A stretch of DNA of 60,684 nucleotides, counting the filler, from Nemertoderma westbladi (Eukaryota; Animalia; Xenacoelomorpha): assembly GCA_032718475.1 (NCBI GenBank). It is 2 parts of 2 records of this genome, joined end to end, with 100 filler letters (N's around TTAATTAATTAA, not from the genome) between each part and the next. Parts side by side here need not be neighbours in the genome. Positions count along the whole stretch, not along the records: positions 28,724 to 60,684 come from JAUCBJ010000057.1; 1 more part is not named here. One strand, 5' to 3'. The notes under the pieces are model-generated. The model was given only the letters and a program-made list of their open reading frames with translations. It was not told where the DNA came from and did no database searches. Below are positions 44,441-55,241 of the stretch, in pieces; within the stretch, counting starts at the first letter, position 1, and each line of letters begins with the position of its first letter. The position numbers and the translations under genes are program-made.

Positions 44441-46476
44441 ATTTTACTGGTTTGTGAGATCGACCTGCCAATACTAACTACTGCTTTCTCCGAATTCCTA
44501 GTAATATATTTTGATCTTAATAATAATTATTCAACCAACATCAATTATTTTAAAGGCCAAAAAGTCTTGTCAATGTATAAAAATGGTAGGCCTAAAGACT
44601 AAATAAATAGCTTAGAATTATAATTAATTTTGTTGTTTATACTGTTATAATTATTTATACTGTAAAGGAATTATATCTTTTGGCAGTCTACCGTACTGTA
44701 TGAGCGACCATGATGATAAAAGGAAATGTTGCCGAAATATTTTCACTTAATTGCAGATAGAAGGGGGGGGGGGGGGGGGGGGTCTTTAGATGCAATCAAA
44801 ATTCTTCCCTCTCCAGGTGAAAATCGACGCAAATAACAGCTGTTTACTCCTAAAAATAAAACTGTAACCTGTTCTATTGTGTTTTATTTATTCCTTTTTG
44901 TTAGAATAACGTGCCACCGTAACCTGCTAATTTTCCTTAATAAATAATTTACCATGAGACATGCTAATAATTTGCCGATGACAGTATTTGCGTCAATTCC
45001 CCCATTGCGATCAGCGCCATTGCCAATACCCGACTACAGGACTATGTATAAAGTAGTATTAAGCGCTAGTTACATAATAAATATTCGAAAACACTAAACT
45101 ATTTACGGCCACCGTAATTATACAGGTTAATTTGCTTCTGGAAGGCGTCAGTAATTATTATATTCAGGTTCAGGTTCTTATTTCCGTATATTACAGTAAC
45201 TCTAGAACATTGCAACATTGTATGTATCCCTATAGATTATTCCCTATATTAAAGAATTCTTTATACAGTTAGTGGGAATGTAATAAAGTTTAAAAATATT
45301 ACGAGTAAAACATGGCGAGTAAAATAACTTTTTTTGAAGAAGATCAATCAAATTTAAATTATTTTATAATTAATTAATTATACACAATAAATTCAATAAG
45401 ACCCTCTTTCACTTCCATGCTCAATTTGGATTGTGCCTTAAGGTAATCGTTAATTGTCGACTATAGTAATGTCGACTTCCTCAAATTCTGAGTTACACGA
45501 CATACAAATATGTCATGTCAACGTCGATGAAAATTACGATAAGAATAAGTACCGGTACTTTCTTGTCCGATCTATTGTAAATTTATAATCTGCAATCTAC
45601 CTCCTACACAGTAATCAATTAGATAGGTTCCACCAGCCGGCAGCAGACACTGATTGATTCTTTGAGAAAGCGTGCAGGGCCAGCGTTATATTAATAGATT
45701 CAACGGCTTCTTCCAATTGAGACACCAATAACCGAAAGTAACGGACCGCCTGCATGATTGCCAGATTGCCGCCGACCCATTGATTGCCCATCCACCCCGA
45801 CTGAGCTCTCGGTACGGGTACGGGTATCCTCGCCCAAAACAACCAAGTCTCTATCCGCCTCGAGAAAACGAGAAACTCGATCGAAATGCCTCGGGGGAGT
45901 TTATCCGTCCGTAATCGCCGACCACTACGGATTATCCCCGTACCCGTAGAATTCCCGGTCCCGCATGCCGCAGCTTCCGACCCAATTCGATAATGAATTG
46001 GACTCCCACTTTCGCGCCGCAGAAAATGTAATCGTGTTATCTGGCAGTCTGGTGCGATACACGTCTGTCAGACGCAGCCGTTCAGCCCTCCCCCAAGGCG
46101 ATCCGGTCCGCCGCTAAACCCAGATCGCATCGCTGACTCTTCCCGCCGCACTCCATGCTCGGAGTAAGAAACTCGGCAGCGGCCCGCATTACGATCCGAC
46201 TGACCCCGTGTTCTCAGTGTAGAAAATATAATCAAACATTACTGCTTTCATTGCTGCATTGAACACAACTACCGGTACGCAAAATACTGCAATCTATAAA
46301 CCCAGATACCTGCAACCTGCTACCGGTTGCCGGTAGGCCTACTGGTAAAAGCAGTACAGCAGTGTTTTATGTGAAGTAAATAATCTTAATTTAGCGACAT
46401 CTTATAAGCAACTAAATTTATAAGTAAATTTATATTATATACTAGGCCTGATTTTTTTATTAAAATCGCATTAATT

Positions 46477-49400
46477 ATGTCCCAAAGTTCCCAGCGATGC
46501 TGCGGGTGCATGGTCGGCTCTTGTGGCCCATCAACCAAGTGTCGCTGCGCCCGCGGGGGACGTCCCTGTGTTGGCTGCAAACCGTCGGATTGTGACGACT
46601 GCAAGAATCCTCACAGCCTCACCGTGTCAGCCACCAGGCGCGCCACAAGTGCGATCCCTGCCTCAGCTGTATCTCCAGTCGGTTTGTCCCTCGAGGAGGA
46701 CGACGTGGCCGTGTATCACAGCAATTCGACTTCCGATTCAGACTCATATTCGAGCGCCGCTATAACTCAGATCCCGTTACAACGCAAAGTCGAAACGGGC
46801 GCTGACCCAGCGACCCGGGTTCCTGCGGGAGAATCTCGTCCTCTACCTCCATCGACTTCAGACCGCCTGGAGAGCGCCTTTGGGGGACCGTGGCTCAATG
46901 CCCCTGGTGTTTCAACTGATCCGGACTGGGGAGCCCGCCACTCTCGACTTGCCGGCCTTTCAGGTCGCCTCTATACAGTGCCCGGTGGCAACGTGGGGCG
47001 AAAGGCGGCGGAGTTTCTTGCCCGTGAGGTGGAGAAATTGACCGAGGGAGTCCACCCTTCTGAGCGCCCCCTTTGCTTCATCGCGACTGTGTTCCAGCGG
47101 GATCCGGAAGTGGTAAAAGGGGCGGATATCCGACGCACAATATTACGACGGATTGGAATGTGGGAACGGGAAGAGTTTCGGCAGTTGGTAGTCGAGGCGG
47201 AGCGCTGCAATTTGAAGTTTGCTAGACGCCAGGGTTCAGCACCACCTGATCTGGCTAGAGTCTACAACCGGAAGATTCTGGCCGGACAGAACCAGGCCGC
47301 TGTCCGCATGGTGACGGAACGAGATAGTGGCGGGGTTTTGGACCCCGAGACCCAGGCCGATGGTCAGCCGGCTGGTGTCACCGTTCGTGACATCCTGGAG
47401 AGTAAACACCCGCCTCAAATGAAAGTATCCCCGGATTCGTTCGAGCGGTGCGAGGAGTTACCCCCCTTTGAAGAGGTGGATATCACAGGGCAGCTTGTCT
47501 TGAAGGTTTCGCGTTATCTGCATGGCAGTGCCGGCCCCATAGGTGGAGACGCCGAACTTTGGAGTGCTCTCCTCACCCGGTACGAGGCCCATAGCTCACG
47601 ACTGCGTGAAGCAGTCGCCGGGTTGGCTCGTCGTCTCGCCAACACCTTGGTCCCATGGGGCGAGATCCGCGCTCTCCATGCCTGCCGCCTCATAGCCATC
47701 GACAAGGAGCCCGGAGTCCGGCCAATTGGTATTGGTGAAGTCCTTTATCGATTGGTGACCAGCTGCCTTACAGCAGCCACAAAGATGGATGTCATCATGG
47801 AGTGTGGGGCGGACCAGCTCTGCGTGGGGGTGAAAGCTGGGATCGAAGGCGCAGTCCACGCGATGTCGGCGATGTTCGAGCGAGACACAACCGAGTGCAT
47901 GCTCCTCGTCGACGCAGCCAATGCCTTCAATAGTTTGAGTCGACCCGTGGCCCTCTGGAACGCGCGTCTGTACTGGCATCGGTGTTCCCGGTATTTGTAC
48001 AACGCCTATAATGGCCATGCGGCCCTCTACCTCCAGGGATCCGACAACCCTCTGTGGAGTCGTGAAGGATATACCCAGGGGGATCCGGCGGCGATGTTGG
48101 GGTATGGTTGTGGGACACTCTCCTTGGTCCGGTCATTGCGGGATGTCGGTGACCTACCACCACGAGATCCGCTGATTACGCCTCCCGCCGGCTCGTCTCC
48201 CACGCTTTCTAGGGGCCAGCCCTGGACGCCCTGTGAAGAAACGCCGTCATCACTGACTTCGACTGAAGAGGAACAGCCAGCGGACCCATCTGACTCACCG
48301 CTGGGAGACCCTCCTAACCCATCACCGGGAGACCCACCTGACCCACCACTGGTAGGCTCGCCAGACCCACTGCCGGGAGACCCGCCTGACCCACCACCGG
48401 GAGACCCGCCTGACCCATCGCCGGGAGGTCCGCCTGACTCAGCGATGGGAGACCAGCCTGACCCAGTGCTGGGAGACCCGCCTGACCCACCATTGCGAGA
48501 CCAGCCTGTCCGACCACCGGGAGACCCGCCAGACACAACACCCAGTAACCAACCCGATCAACCAGCACAGTCTACTGGCAGCTCCACCTGCTTCCAAACA
48601 CAGTGTTGGTATGCTGACGACTCCTCGTCGGCGGGTTCTATTACCGGTGTGTGGAAGTGGTGGGATCAGTTGCGCCAATGTGGGCCCCGCATCGGGTATA
48701 CACCAGAGCCCACCAAGAGCTACCTGGTGGTTAAGCCACAGTTCGCGACTAGGGCGCAGGCGGTGTTCGGGGACTGCGGTATCCGGGTAGTCTCAGGTCA
48801 TCGCTTCCTCGGTGGCTATGTGGGCGATGCACAGGGACTCCACGATTTTATTACGGAGAAAGTCGCGGGGTGGGTGTGGAGTATTGTTCGGTTCTCGGAG
48901 GTGGCGGAGGCGTATCCGCAGACCGCCCATACAGGTATGACCCGCTGCGTCCAGGCGGAGTGGGACTACCTGCTTCGGGTGGTGGACACTAGGGATGGTG
49001 ACCTGGCGCCGATCCGTGAGGAGTTATTGCGCCGTTTTATACCGGCGTTGTTCGGAACGTCTCCAGGATCGGTGGATGAGGAGTTGGTCCTCCTCCCCAT
49101 TCGGCATGGGGGAATCGGAATGACCCACAAAACCGGTGGGTGGTTGACAGCGCAGCCCTCCATAGTGGACAATACAGACCTCGACCCGGAGGTGTTCCGG
49201 GACAATCTCTCTATGAGATACGGCCTGACGCCGCCTGGCCTCCCGGCAAAGTGCGAGGGGTGTGGGGAACCGTTTACAACGACCCACGCCCTCAACTGCA
49301 AGTCGGGGGGCCTCGTCATAAAGCGACACGATGAGGTGCGAGAGGTATTTGGTGACCTCATTGCGTCCGCATTCGGGGGCTCATGTGTGCAGCGTGAAGT

Positions 49401-49893
49401 CACGCTGTGCACAGGGTACCTGGACAGGCAGGGTCGCGAGGTTGGTGGAGTGAGGGCGGATCTCCTGGCGAGGGGAGTCTGGGCCGAGCAGAGGGTGGCG
49501 TCTTTTGACATAGCGGTGGTTAACGCTGACGCCCCCTCATATGCAAATCGGCCCCTGGACTCCATCCTCGAGCAGCGAGTCCGGGCGAAGAAGGTCCATT
49601 ACAGCGCGGTGTGCGAGGACAGGAGGATCTCCTTCACCCCCCTAGTCGGAACCACGGACGGGGTGTGGTGTAAGGAGGCCGAAATCCTAATCCGCCACCT
49701 CGCTGAGACCCTCGTGGCTCGGCGGCAGGGGATGCGCCAGCGAGGCCTCGCCAGTGTGTTGGGAGGGGTCCGGAGGCGCCTTCAATTCGCGCTGATCCGC
49801 TCCAACTCCCTCTGCCTGCGTGGTGGGCGGCGGGCACTGGGCTTTGGGGACGGTGCGGGGTTGCGGGGCTCCGATCTACCCGATCGGTATTAA
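46477..49893 (+). CDS. CRE-type polyprotein, 1138 aa: N-terminal Cys-rich (CXC-like) cluster, RT, CCHC finger, RLE nuclease
   Basis: RLIAIDKEPGVRPIGIGE, GIEGAVH, VDAANAFNS, EGYTQGDP, WYADD, HRFLG, LPIRHGGIG, CEGC..HALNC, KRHDEVR, RADL...FDIAV...KKVHY...FTPLV. Confidence 0.92.
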   Translation: MSQSSQRCCGCMVGSCGPSTKCRCARGGRPCVGCKPSDCDDCKNPHSLTVSATRRATSAIPASAVSPVGLSLEEDDVAVYHSNSTSDSDSYSSAAITQIPLQRKVETGADPATRVPAGESRPLPPSTSDRLESAFGGPWLNAPGVSTDPDWGARHSRLAGLSGRLYTVPGGNVGRKAAEFLAREVEKLTEGVHPSERPLCFIATVFQRDPEVVKGADIRRTILRRIGMWEREEFRQLVVEAERCNLKFARRQGSAPPDLARVYNRKILAGQNQAAVRMVTERDSGGVLDPETQADGQPAGVTVRDILESKHPPQMKVSPDSFERCEELPPFEEVDITGQLVLKVSRYLHGSAGPIGGDAELWSALLTRYEAHSSRLREAVAGLARRLANTLVPWGEIRALHACRLIAIDKEPGVRPIGIGEVLYRLVTSCLTAATKMDVIMECGADQLCVGVKAGIEGAVHAMSAMFERDTTECMLLVDAANAFNSLSRPVALWNARLYWHRCSRYLYNAYNGHAALYLQGSDNPLWSREGYTQGDPAAMLGYGCGTLSLVRSLRDVGDLPPRDPLITPPAGSSPTLSRGQPWTPCEETPSSLTSTEEEQPADPSDSPLGDPPNPSPGDPPDPPLVGSPDPLPGDPPDPPPGDPPDPSPGGPPDSAMGDQPDPVLGDPPDPPLRDQPVRPPGDPPDTTPSNQPDQPAQSTGSSTCFQTQCWYADDSSSAGSITGVWKWWDQLRQCGPRIGYTPEPTKSYLVVKPQFATRAQAVFGDCGIRVVSGHRFLGGYVGDAQGLHDFITEKVAGWVWSIVRFSEVAEAYPQTAHTGMTRCVQAEWDYLLRVVDTRDGDLAPIREELLRRFIPALFGTSPGSVDEELVLLPIRHGGIGMTHKTGGWLTAQPSIVDNTDLDPEVFRDNLSMRYGLTPPGLPAKCEGCGEPFTTTHALNCKSGGLVIKRHDEVREVFGDLIASAFGGSCVQREVTLCTGYLDRQGREVGGVRADLLARGVWAEQRVASFDIAVVNADAPSYANRPLDSILEQRVRAKKVHYSAVCEDRRISFTPLVGTTDGVWCKEAEILIRHLAETLVARRQGMRQRGLASVLGGVRRRLQFALIRSNSLCLRGGRRALGFGDGAGLRGSDLPDRY
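48280..48545 (+). repeat. In-frame 24-bp tandem repeat (PPGDPPDP-like octapeptide, ~11 copies) inside the RT domain
   Basis: GGGAGACCCGCCTGACCCACCACC-type units between the QGDP and YADD motifs. Confidence 0.9.
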
Positions 49894-50691
49894 CCGATCT
49901 CGTAGTCACTTAGTTTGTGACTTTAGATAGGTTAAATAATATAGATTAATTATTTAGGCTATTTAATAAACAACTTGTGCAGTTTACAATGTAAATTTAC
50001 TATGGATATTCATAATAAATATATCTTATCTCACTAAATTTATAATGTATGAAAAGACCAAATGAAATTCAATATTAATTGTCACCTGTCTGCATGGATG
50101 GTTGTTTTTAGATTATCTTTCATTTGGCGGTCCAGTTCGGTCCAGTTCGCCAATCTGTCGATCCAGTTCGGTTCAGTTCGGTCCTGTTCGGTCCAGATTC
50201 GAGTATAGAACTATCCTTCATTCACTGAGGCAAGTTTGCTGCTAACATTTAAATTTCCAGGAATCTGCTGTAAATAGCGAGCAGCACAAACTAAAAATCG
50301 TGATCAGGAGGGTCAAAGCGGTCAGCTGTTTCCCATGGACCACTTCATTATGTTTACAGCAGCGCAGTAAGGAGGGGGGGGGGGGGGGGGGGGATTGGGG
50401 ATTCAGGGATTGATCCACCCCTCATTGACTCATTGATAACAAAACAGAAATGGAACCTACATCGTACTGTACAATACAATACACTATAATCCGTAATATA
50501 GGATCATTTTCTGATATGGACATGGACTCCACCCCCCCCCCCATTTTTTCGTATTGCGGCCAGTCTTCACATTAGCCGCTATTTGGACATATACTACTAC
50601 TAGGATCGGCATGCTGCATTGCAGCTGCATTGCTGTGCCGGCCTGTCGAAAAAATCGCGCCGCCACAACTCACTATATACTAACCCACTAC

Positions 50692-50805
50692 TAAGGCCAG
50701 TGTCCTTTAAGGTGCGTCTCAAGAAAGTCATGGGCTGTCCACCATGCTTATTCACTCCATGAGGCTGTCAAAGCATAAGATTATGCACTGGCTGGTCCCC
50801 ACGGC
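50692..50805 (-). repeat. Third, shorter copy of the LINE 3' remnant found in the palindrome arms
   Basis: TAAGGCCAGTGTCCTTTAAG...TGCGTCTCAAGAAAGTCATGGGCTGTCCACCATGCTTATTCACTCCATGAGG...TGCACTGGCTGGTCC matches 13700-13805 with two indels. Confidence 0.85.
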
Positions 50806-51018
50806 GAAAGCAATACACATACACAGTATTTGGAAAGCTCCGCTAAGAAACAGCTGAGATAGAGTCGTTGACATATTACCAAGAATTATCGTTCTCTTGA
50901 GGCCATTTATTCTATTTAATAATTACACAACGTTCTGGAACATTTTGTTGATGAATAGCAATGATTAATGATGTATGTGATTACTTTGTGGAACTACGCA
51001 ATAGAGATAGGCCTACAG

Positions 51019-51083
51019 CAAGGACTTCTAGAACATAGTATATATTCGTACAAAGAATATATACTATGTTCTAGAAGTCCTTG
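51019..51083. repeat. Perfect hairpin, 29-bp stem and 7-nt loop
   Basis: CAAGGACTTCTAGAACATAGTATATATTC-GTACAAA-GAATATATACTATGTTCTAGAAGTCCTTG. Confidence 0.93.
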
Positions 51084-52371
51084 GATAGGTATATCTTTGT
51101 GGCCCATCTACATATGAAATAAATAACACATTCAAGAATTTTGGATATTATTATTAAAAGGAATAAATGGCCTTTAAATAACGATAATTCTTGCTATTAT
51201 GAAACCCTACAGTACAGTATATCTTTATATTGTATCTCAGTGTTAGCGTATTTGATAAAATATGTTCTTTCACTCTCAATTTCCATATATTGTGACTTCT
51301 TAATAAACCATGCAAAATGAAGACAAAATGTCCGGTCTGATACAATGAACGGGAGTTGCGCTAGTGTACCTGTCACCGAGGAGGGCCGCTCACTTTTTAC
51401 CCTTTCTCCCTTCGATGTATTGATTTGCTCTATATTTCACTTAGTTCGGTACGGTATTTGATTATCTATTGTATTTAACTGAGATATGATACCGGGAGGG
51501 TGTGACAACAACACAGTATAACAAGCAAATGACTGACTAATTAATTTTGTAAGGACTCAAGTCTGGTGATTGTGTTTCCCTTTAGGGGAAACGTATTGTG
51601 ACAAGTCTTTGGTCTAATTATATTGATATTACTACAGTATTCAATTTGTGACAACTCTCAATCGCGATGTACTGTAATTAATAATAAGAGCTTTGCTTAT
51701 ATTAATGGTCTGAAATATCGCCATATATTATTTATTTAGTAAGTCAGAGATATGACAACACACAAATCTGATACAATTGTCCAGATTACCACTGATACAA
51801 TTGTCCAGATTATCACTGATACTTAGTTACATACAGCAACCCACCTGTTGTGGCACATATCGGCGATATATTAAGCAAATAATAAAGAGAAATTGAATTT
51901 ACCAGCAGAATATCCAATAATAATAATTATAACTCAATTATTAACTCTTTAAGTTTAGGCCTTAGGCCTGTAATAACAGCCAGTCAATTAAACCTGACCA
52001 GGGGATTAGTGCCTCTGCATGGGCAATAAGACTTCTTCTGTACAACAATAACAAAAAGAGTAAATCAATCACAGAACAACCGCACTTATATACCAGCTTA
52101 TCAGTAAGGAGCATAGCCAATAAGGCATCACGTATTCCATTGAGGCTTAACAGGCTGAACAAATCAGTTCGAATATGGGTATAATAGCACTAAGATGGCA
52201 TAAGAACCCTTACTAGAGAATAATTCGATAGAAATAACCAATATTATATCGTAACCGACTTTATCAATATAAAATGGTGTTTTGAGCTTAAAATTAGTAA
52301 AATAAGTAATCTAAAAGGCTAAGTTCACACGTGCAGCAACACTCAGAGGTTTCTTAACGAAATTCCGACAT

Positions 52372-53028
52372 TGTTACATATTTGGAATCCCACAGGTAGT
52401 CCAATGAAGAATCCTAGTCTAATGTGAAGAATTGTGGCTGCGATACGAAAGGTACAATTTCGACAAAGACAGTTTTTTTATTCCCCACTGCTGGCTGATG
52501 AACCTGTGAGCCGCTAATAACGCGTAGCTCCCGCCCTTCCCGAACCCATGATAATAAAGTTGAATAGATCTTAGAATGATGTTGTTATGCATAAGTGAGT
52601 TTTATGGGCCGGTCTGTGAGTGACTGATGTTGAATGTCTGAAAAGGCAGAAACTCCGGTAGAAGCAATGGCACGCTGTCAGGTACACTGCAGAAGGAATA
52701 ATGCAGAGGTTGAGAAACGCCCTGCCTTATAGGTTTTGGCGGTAGAACCGTTAGCGAATGGGAGACAACAGCCACTCACAGAGCGCGGTATGATATACAC
52801 CTATAAATAGCACCCAATCATGACACAGTAATACCATGGCTACGCTACACCTACTGTAAGGGCCGGTGGCAATGCTGTAATAGGTGAAGCGGCCGAAATG
52901 GTAGAACTATTGGTATTGTGGGTAGTTAAATGGGGAAAGAGAGATGAGGGAATATTGGAAATTGAAGCCCCTACCCATATAATGGTTCTTATGGCCGGGA
53001 TGGCTGGGCTACGGTCACACTCCCCCCT
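52372..53028 (-). repeat. Polypurine tract (53020-53028) and putative 3' LTR (52372-53019) of BEL/Pao element 2
   Basis: Minus strand AGGGGGGAG|TGTGACCG is a typical PPT-LTR junction; AATAAA at ~52477-52482; candidate end GTAACA at 52372. The far boundary is uncertain. Confidence 0.55.
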
Positions 53029-54719
53029 AAGGAATTTGAGAGGTTGCGGAACAACCTCGCAAATTTCCTTATACCCAAAAGACTTAGCCTGCTGGTTGAC
53101 ATTTGCAGTTGAATGGACTATTCCCTCCCTTGGACATACTGCTGATAGTACTTACCCTTGGTTAACACTGACTAGACTTTGGGAGAATCCCTACTGTAGT
53201 CCCAAGGGGCAGATGGGTACATGTTCTCGCTTCGTCTCGGGGACTAGGCGATTACATTCTTGTTTCCTTACCTGTGGTGCTAGAGGCGCTAACTTTACCT
53301 CGATTGCCAGGTAACGAAACTGCAGCCGGGCGCGCGGGTGTAACTGCGGAGCAGTACACCCTAGGTTACACTAACCATTTTTGCCAGCTGTGGAGCAGGC
53401 AAGAACAGGTACTACGACGGAGCCGATACCTATGACCTTACCTTGCTGAGTCAGTGTCTCTTGATCTTCGCCAGAGGAGACACATCAAGCAACTTACCGC
53501 GTATCTTTGGCAAGCACTAGCGTGTCTGAGAGCTAAACGACGGATCGTCGCTCCTTGGTACATGAACAGGCGTGAATTCATGTACCCCAGACTGCCTGTG
53601 AGAACTAAATGCGCTTTTTAGCCCACACAGAGAAATGTACATACTTCACTGTATGTACATCCCCAGTATTAGCGCCAAGCAGCGGAACTGCTAAGCCGCT
53701 AACTATGACCCATGTTGACGGAGCCAACATGGTGGTTTGCCGCCTTAGAATGATCCCGTTGTTAAAATGGGTTGTCAGTGGTCTCATGTCCATCAAATTC
53801 GCCCCTACCGTATTAGGTTTAATAAAGTAAGAAAATTTTAAGAACATGGAGCACTTTATTAATTTACAATAAACTATTGGTGGATGGTATGACTAAATTT
53901 AACTATGCACCAATTTTGAATTTAATAGGGCATATCTTTCTCTTTAGGTCGAGCGCTCTAAGCTATATAACACTGATAGCCGACCCTTCACGTTCTAGAA
54001 CCAATTACATAAGTTGTCACGTAAACACGGTTTCACACTTTATAACATACATTTTGGACATTGCGGTGGGATAATCTTCAACCAGATGCGCGTAGAAAGT
54101 AGAACCCGCGTGTCATATCCTTTAGTTGATTGGCATTGGGAACCATAGCTATAATCTAAGCCAACAAGGCTTAACTCGCGATAACTCAGATTGTGCTAGC
54201 TATGGTTTGTATGTGACAAGGCAGTGTCTTGATGAGACTCAGATGCTAAAAGGCGTGGCCCAATATTAATCCAATTCCTTGTCACAATGAATAATAATGG
54301 TGGTTGGTGGTGCTAATATAGGTTTCACTTAGCCTAAGAAGAATGCTATCCTAGTAATAACCTACATACGTTGCGCGTAATGTGCCTATAAGTAAGAGGC
54401 ACAGACCTATATTACACTATAGAAGTTTGCTATAATTATACATAGTGCTAGGTACATAATTAATTAGAAATAGAAGAGTTAGGGCTAATTAACAAATGAC
54501 ATTGTTAATTAGAGTGGCGCTATGCCGTAGAGCGCGGAGCCCTCTACAAACATAGCTTTTAGGGGTAGCCTCGCTCACCGATTGCGGCACAATCGGATAG
54601 GCATATCCCTGCGGTGGAATATTCAAGTGCACACTGACAGCCGTGCCTCCAGTGGTGGGTTTGCCCTTTACAGGGTTTACCACGCGTCCTAGAGACCCAG
54701 TCAGTTTTTAGTTACTGAA

Positions 54720-55105
54720 GACTACGGAGTAATCCTAGTAACATTAGCTGTCTATGGAATAGACATAGTTGAGCTGTCCCGGAGTGGTACTAGCAGCCTA
54801 TAAAGCAGGCCTAGCTACATCGTCTACGGAATAGACATAAGGTTGTCCATTAAGTGGACATAAGTAAGTGGTCTACAGAATAGACCTAAAGCTATCCACG
54901 GAGTGGATGTAAGTAAGCGATCTATGGAATAGATCTAAAGCTAAAGCTGTCCATGGAGTGGACCTAAGTACACAGTCTACGGGGTAGACCTATGTTGTCC
55001 TTTAAATAGGCACATAAAGCTGTCCATAGAGAGGACATAAAGTTGAGTTTATTAAGTCTATTGAATAGACATAAAGGAGAGTTTGTTAAAGTCTACGGAG
55101 TAGAA
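54720..55105 (-). repeat. Array of ~14 mini stem-loops of two alternating types (GTCTA-N5-TAGAC and TGTCCA-N5-TGGAC)
   Basis: GTCTA..TAGAC type at about 54750, 54822, 54871, 54920, 54975, 55056 and 55091; TGTCC..GGAC type at about 54775, 54844, 54893, 54948, 54995 and 55021. Confidence 0.85.
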
Positions 55106-55241
55106 ATTGAGTTTATGATAATCCACTGGTGGATATCATCCTTCGCACCAGTTGTCGATATCTGCTGTCGATGCGAAGTTGAGAGGATTTTGGTTTTTTT
55201 TGCCACCCATCCTCCCCCCAGACGGCTTGCCCCGTCTTTAA

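Larger units (their letters stand above)
46424..50032 (+). mobile_element. CRE-clade non-LTR retrotransposon (RT + restriction-like endonuclease), 3609 bp, 13-bp TSD
   Basis: TSD ACTAAATTTATAA at 46411-46423 and 50033-50045; empty site visible in the left MULE TIR (TTATAAATTTAGT ~43773-43785); 3' end AATAAA..TATCTTATCTC; single ORF. Confidence 0.9.
43632..50216. mobile_element. Non-autonomous Mutator-like element (MULE) with ~320-bp TIRs and 9-bp TSD; right TIR split by a CRE retrotransposon
   Basis: TSD TTCATTCAC at 43623-43631 and 50217-50225; ends GGATAATTCTGTACACGAATCTGGACC / GGTCCAGATTCGAGTATAGAACTATCC; left TIR 43632-~43950 matches 46240-46423 plus 50046-50216 in reverse. Confidence 0.9.

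Noticed and set aside
48027-48536. Gly/Ser-rich minus-strand ORF (GGSPG repeats)
   Set aside because: Antisense shadow of the 24-bp repeat in the CRE ORF.
51768-51822. 24-bp tandem duplication CTGATACAATTGTCCAGATTAYCA
   Set aside because: Ordinary local duplication with no further structure.
52490-54260. Hammerhead or other self-cleaving ribozyme cores (CTGATGA-like words)
   Set aside because: No correctly placed GAAA and flanking stems identified by eye.
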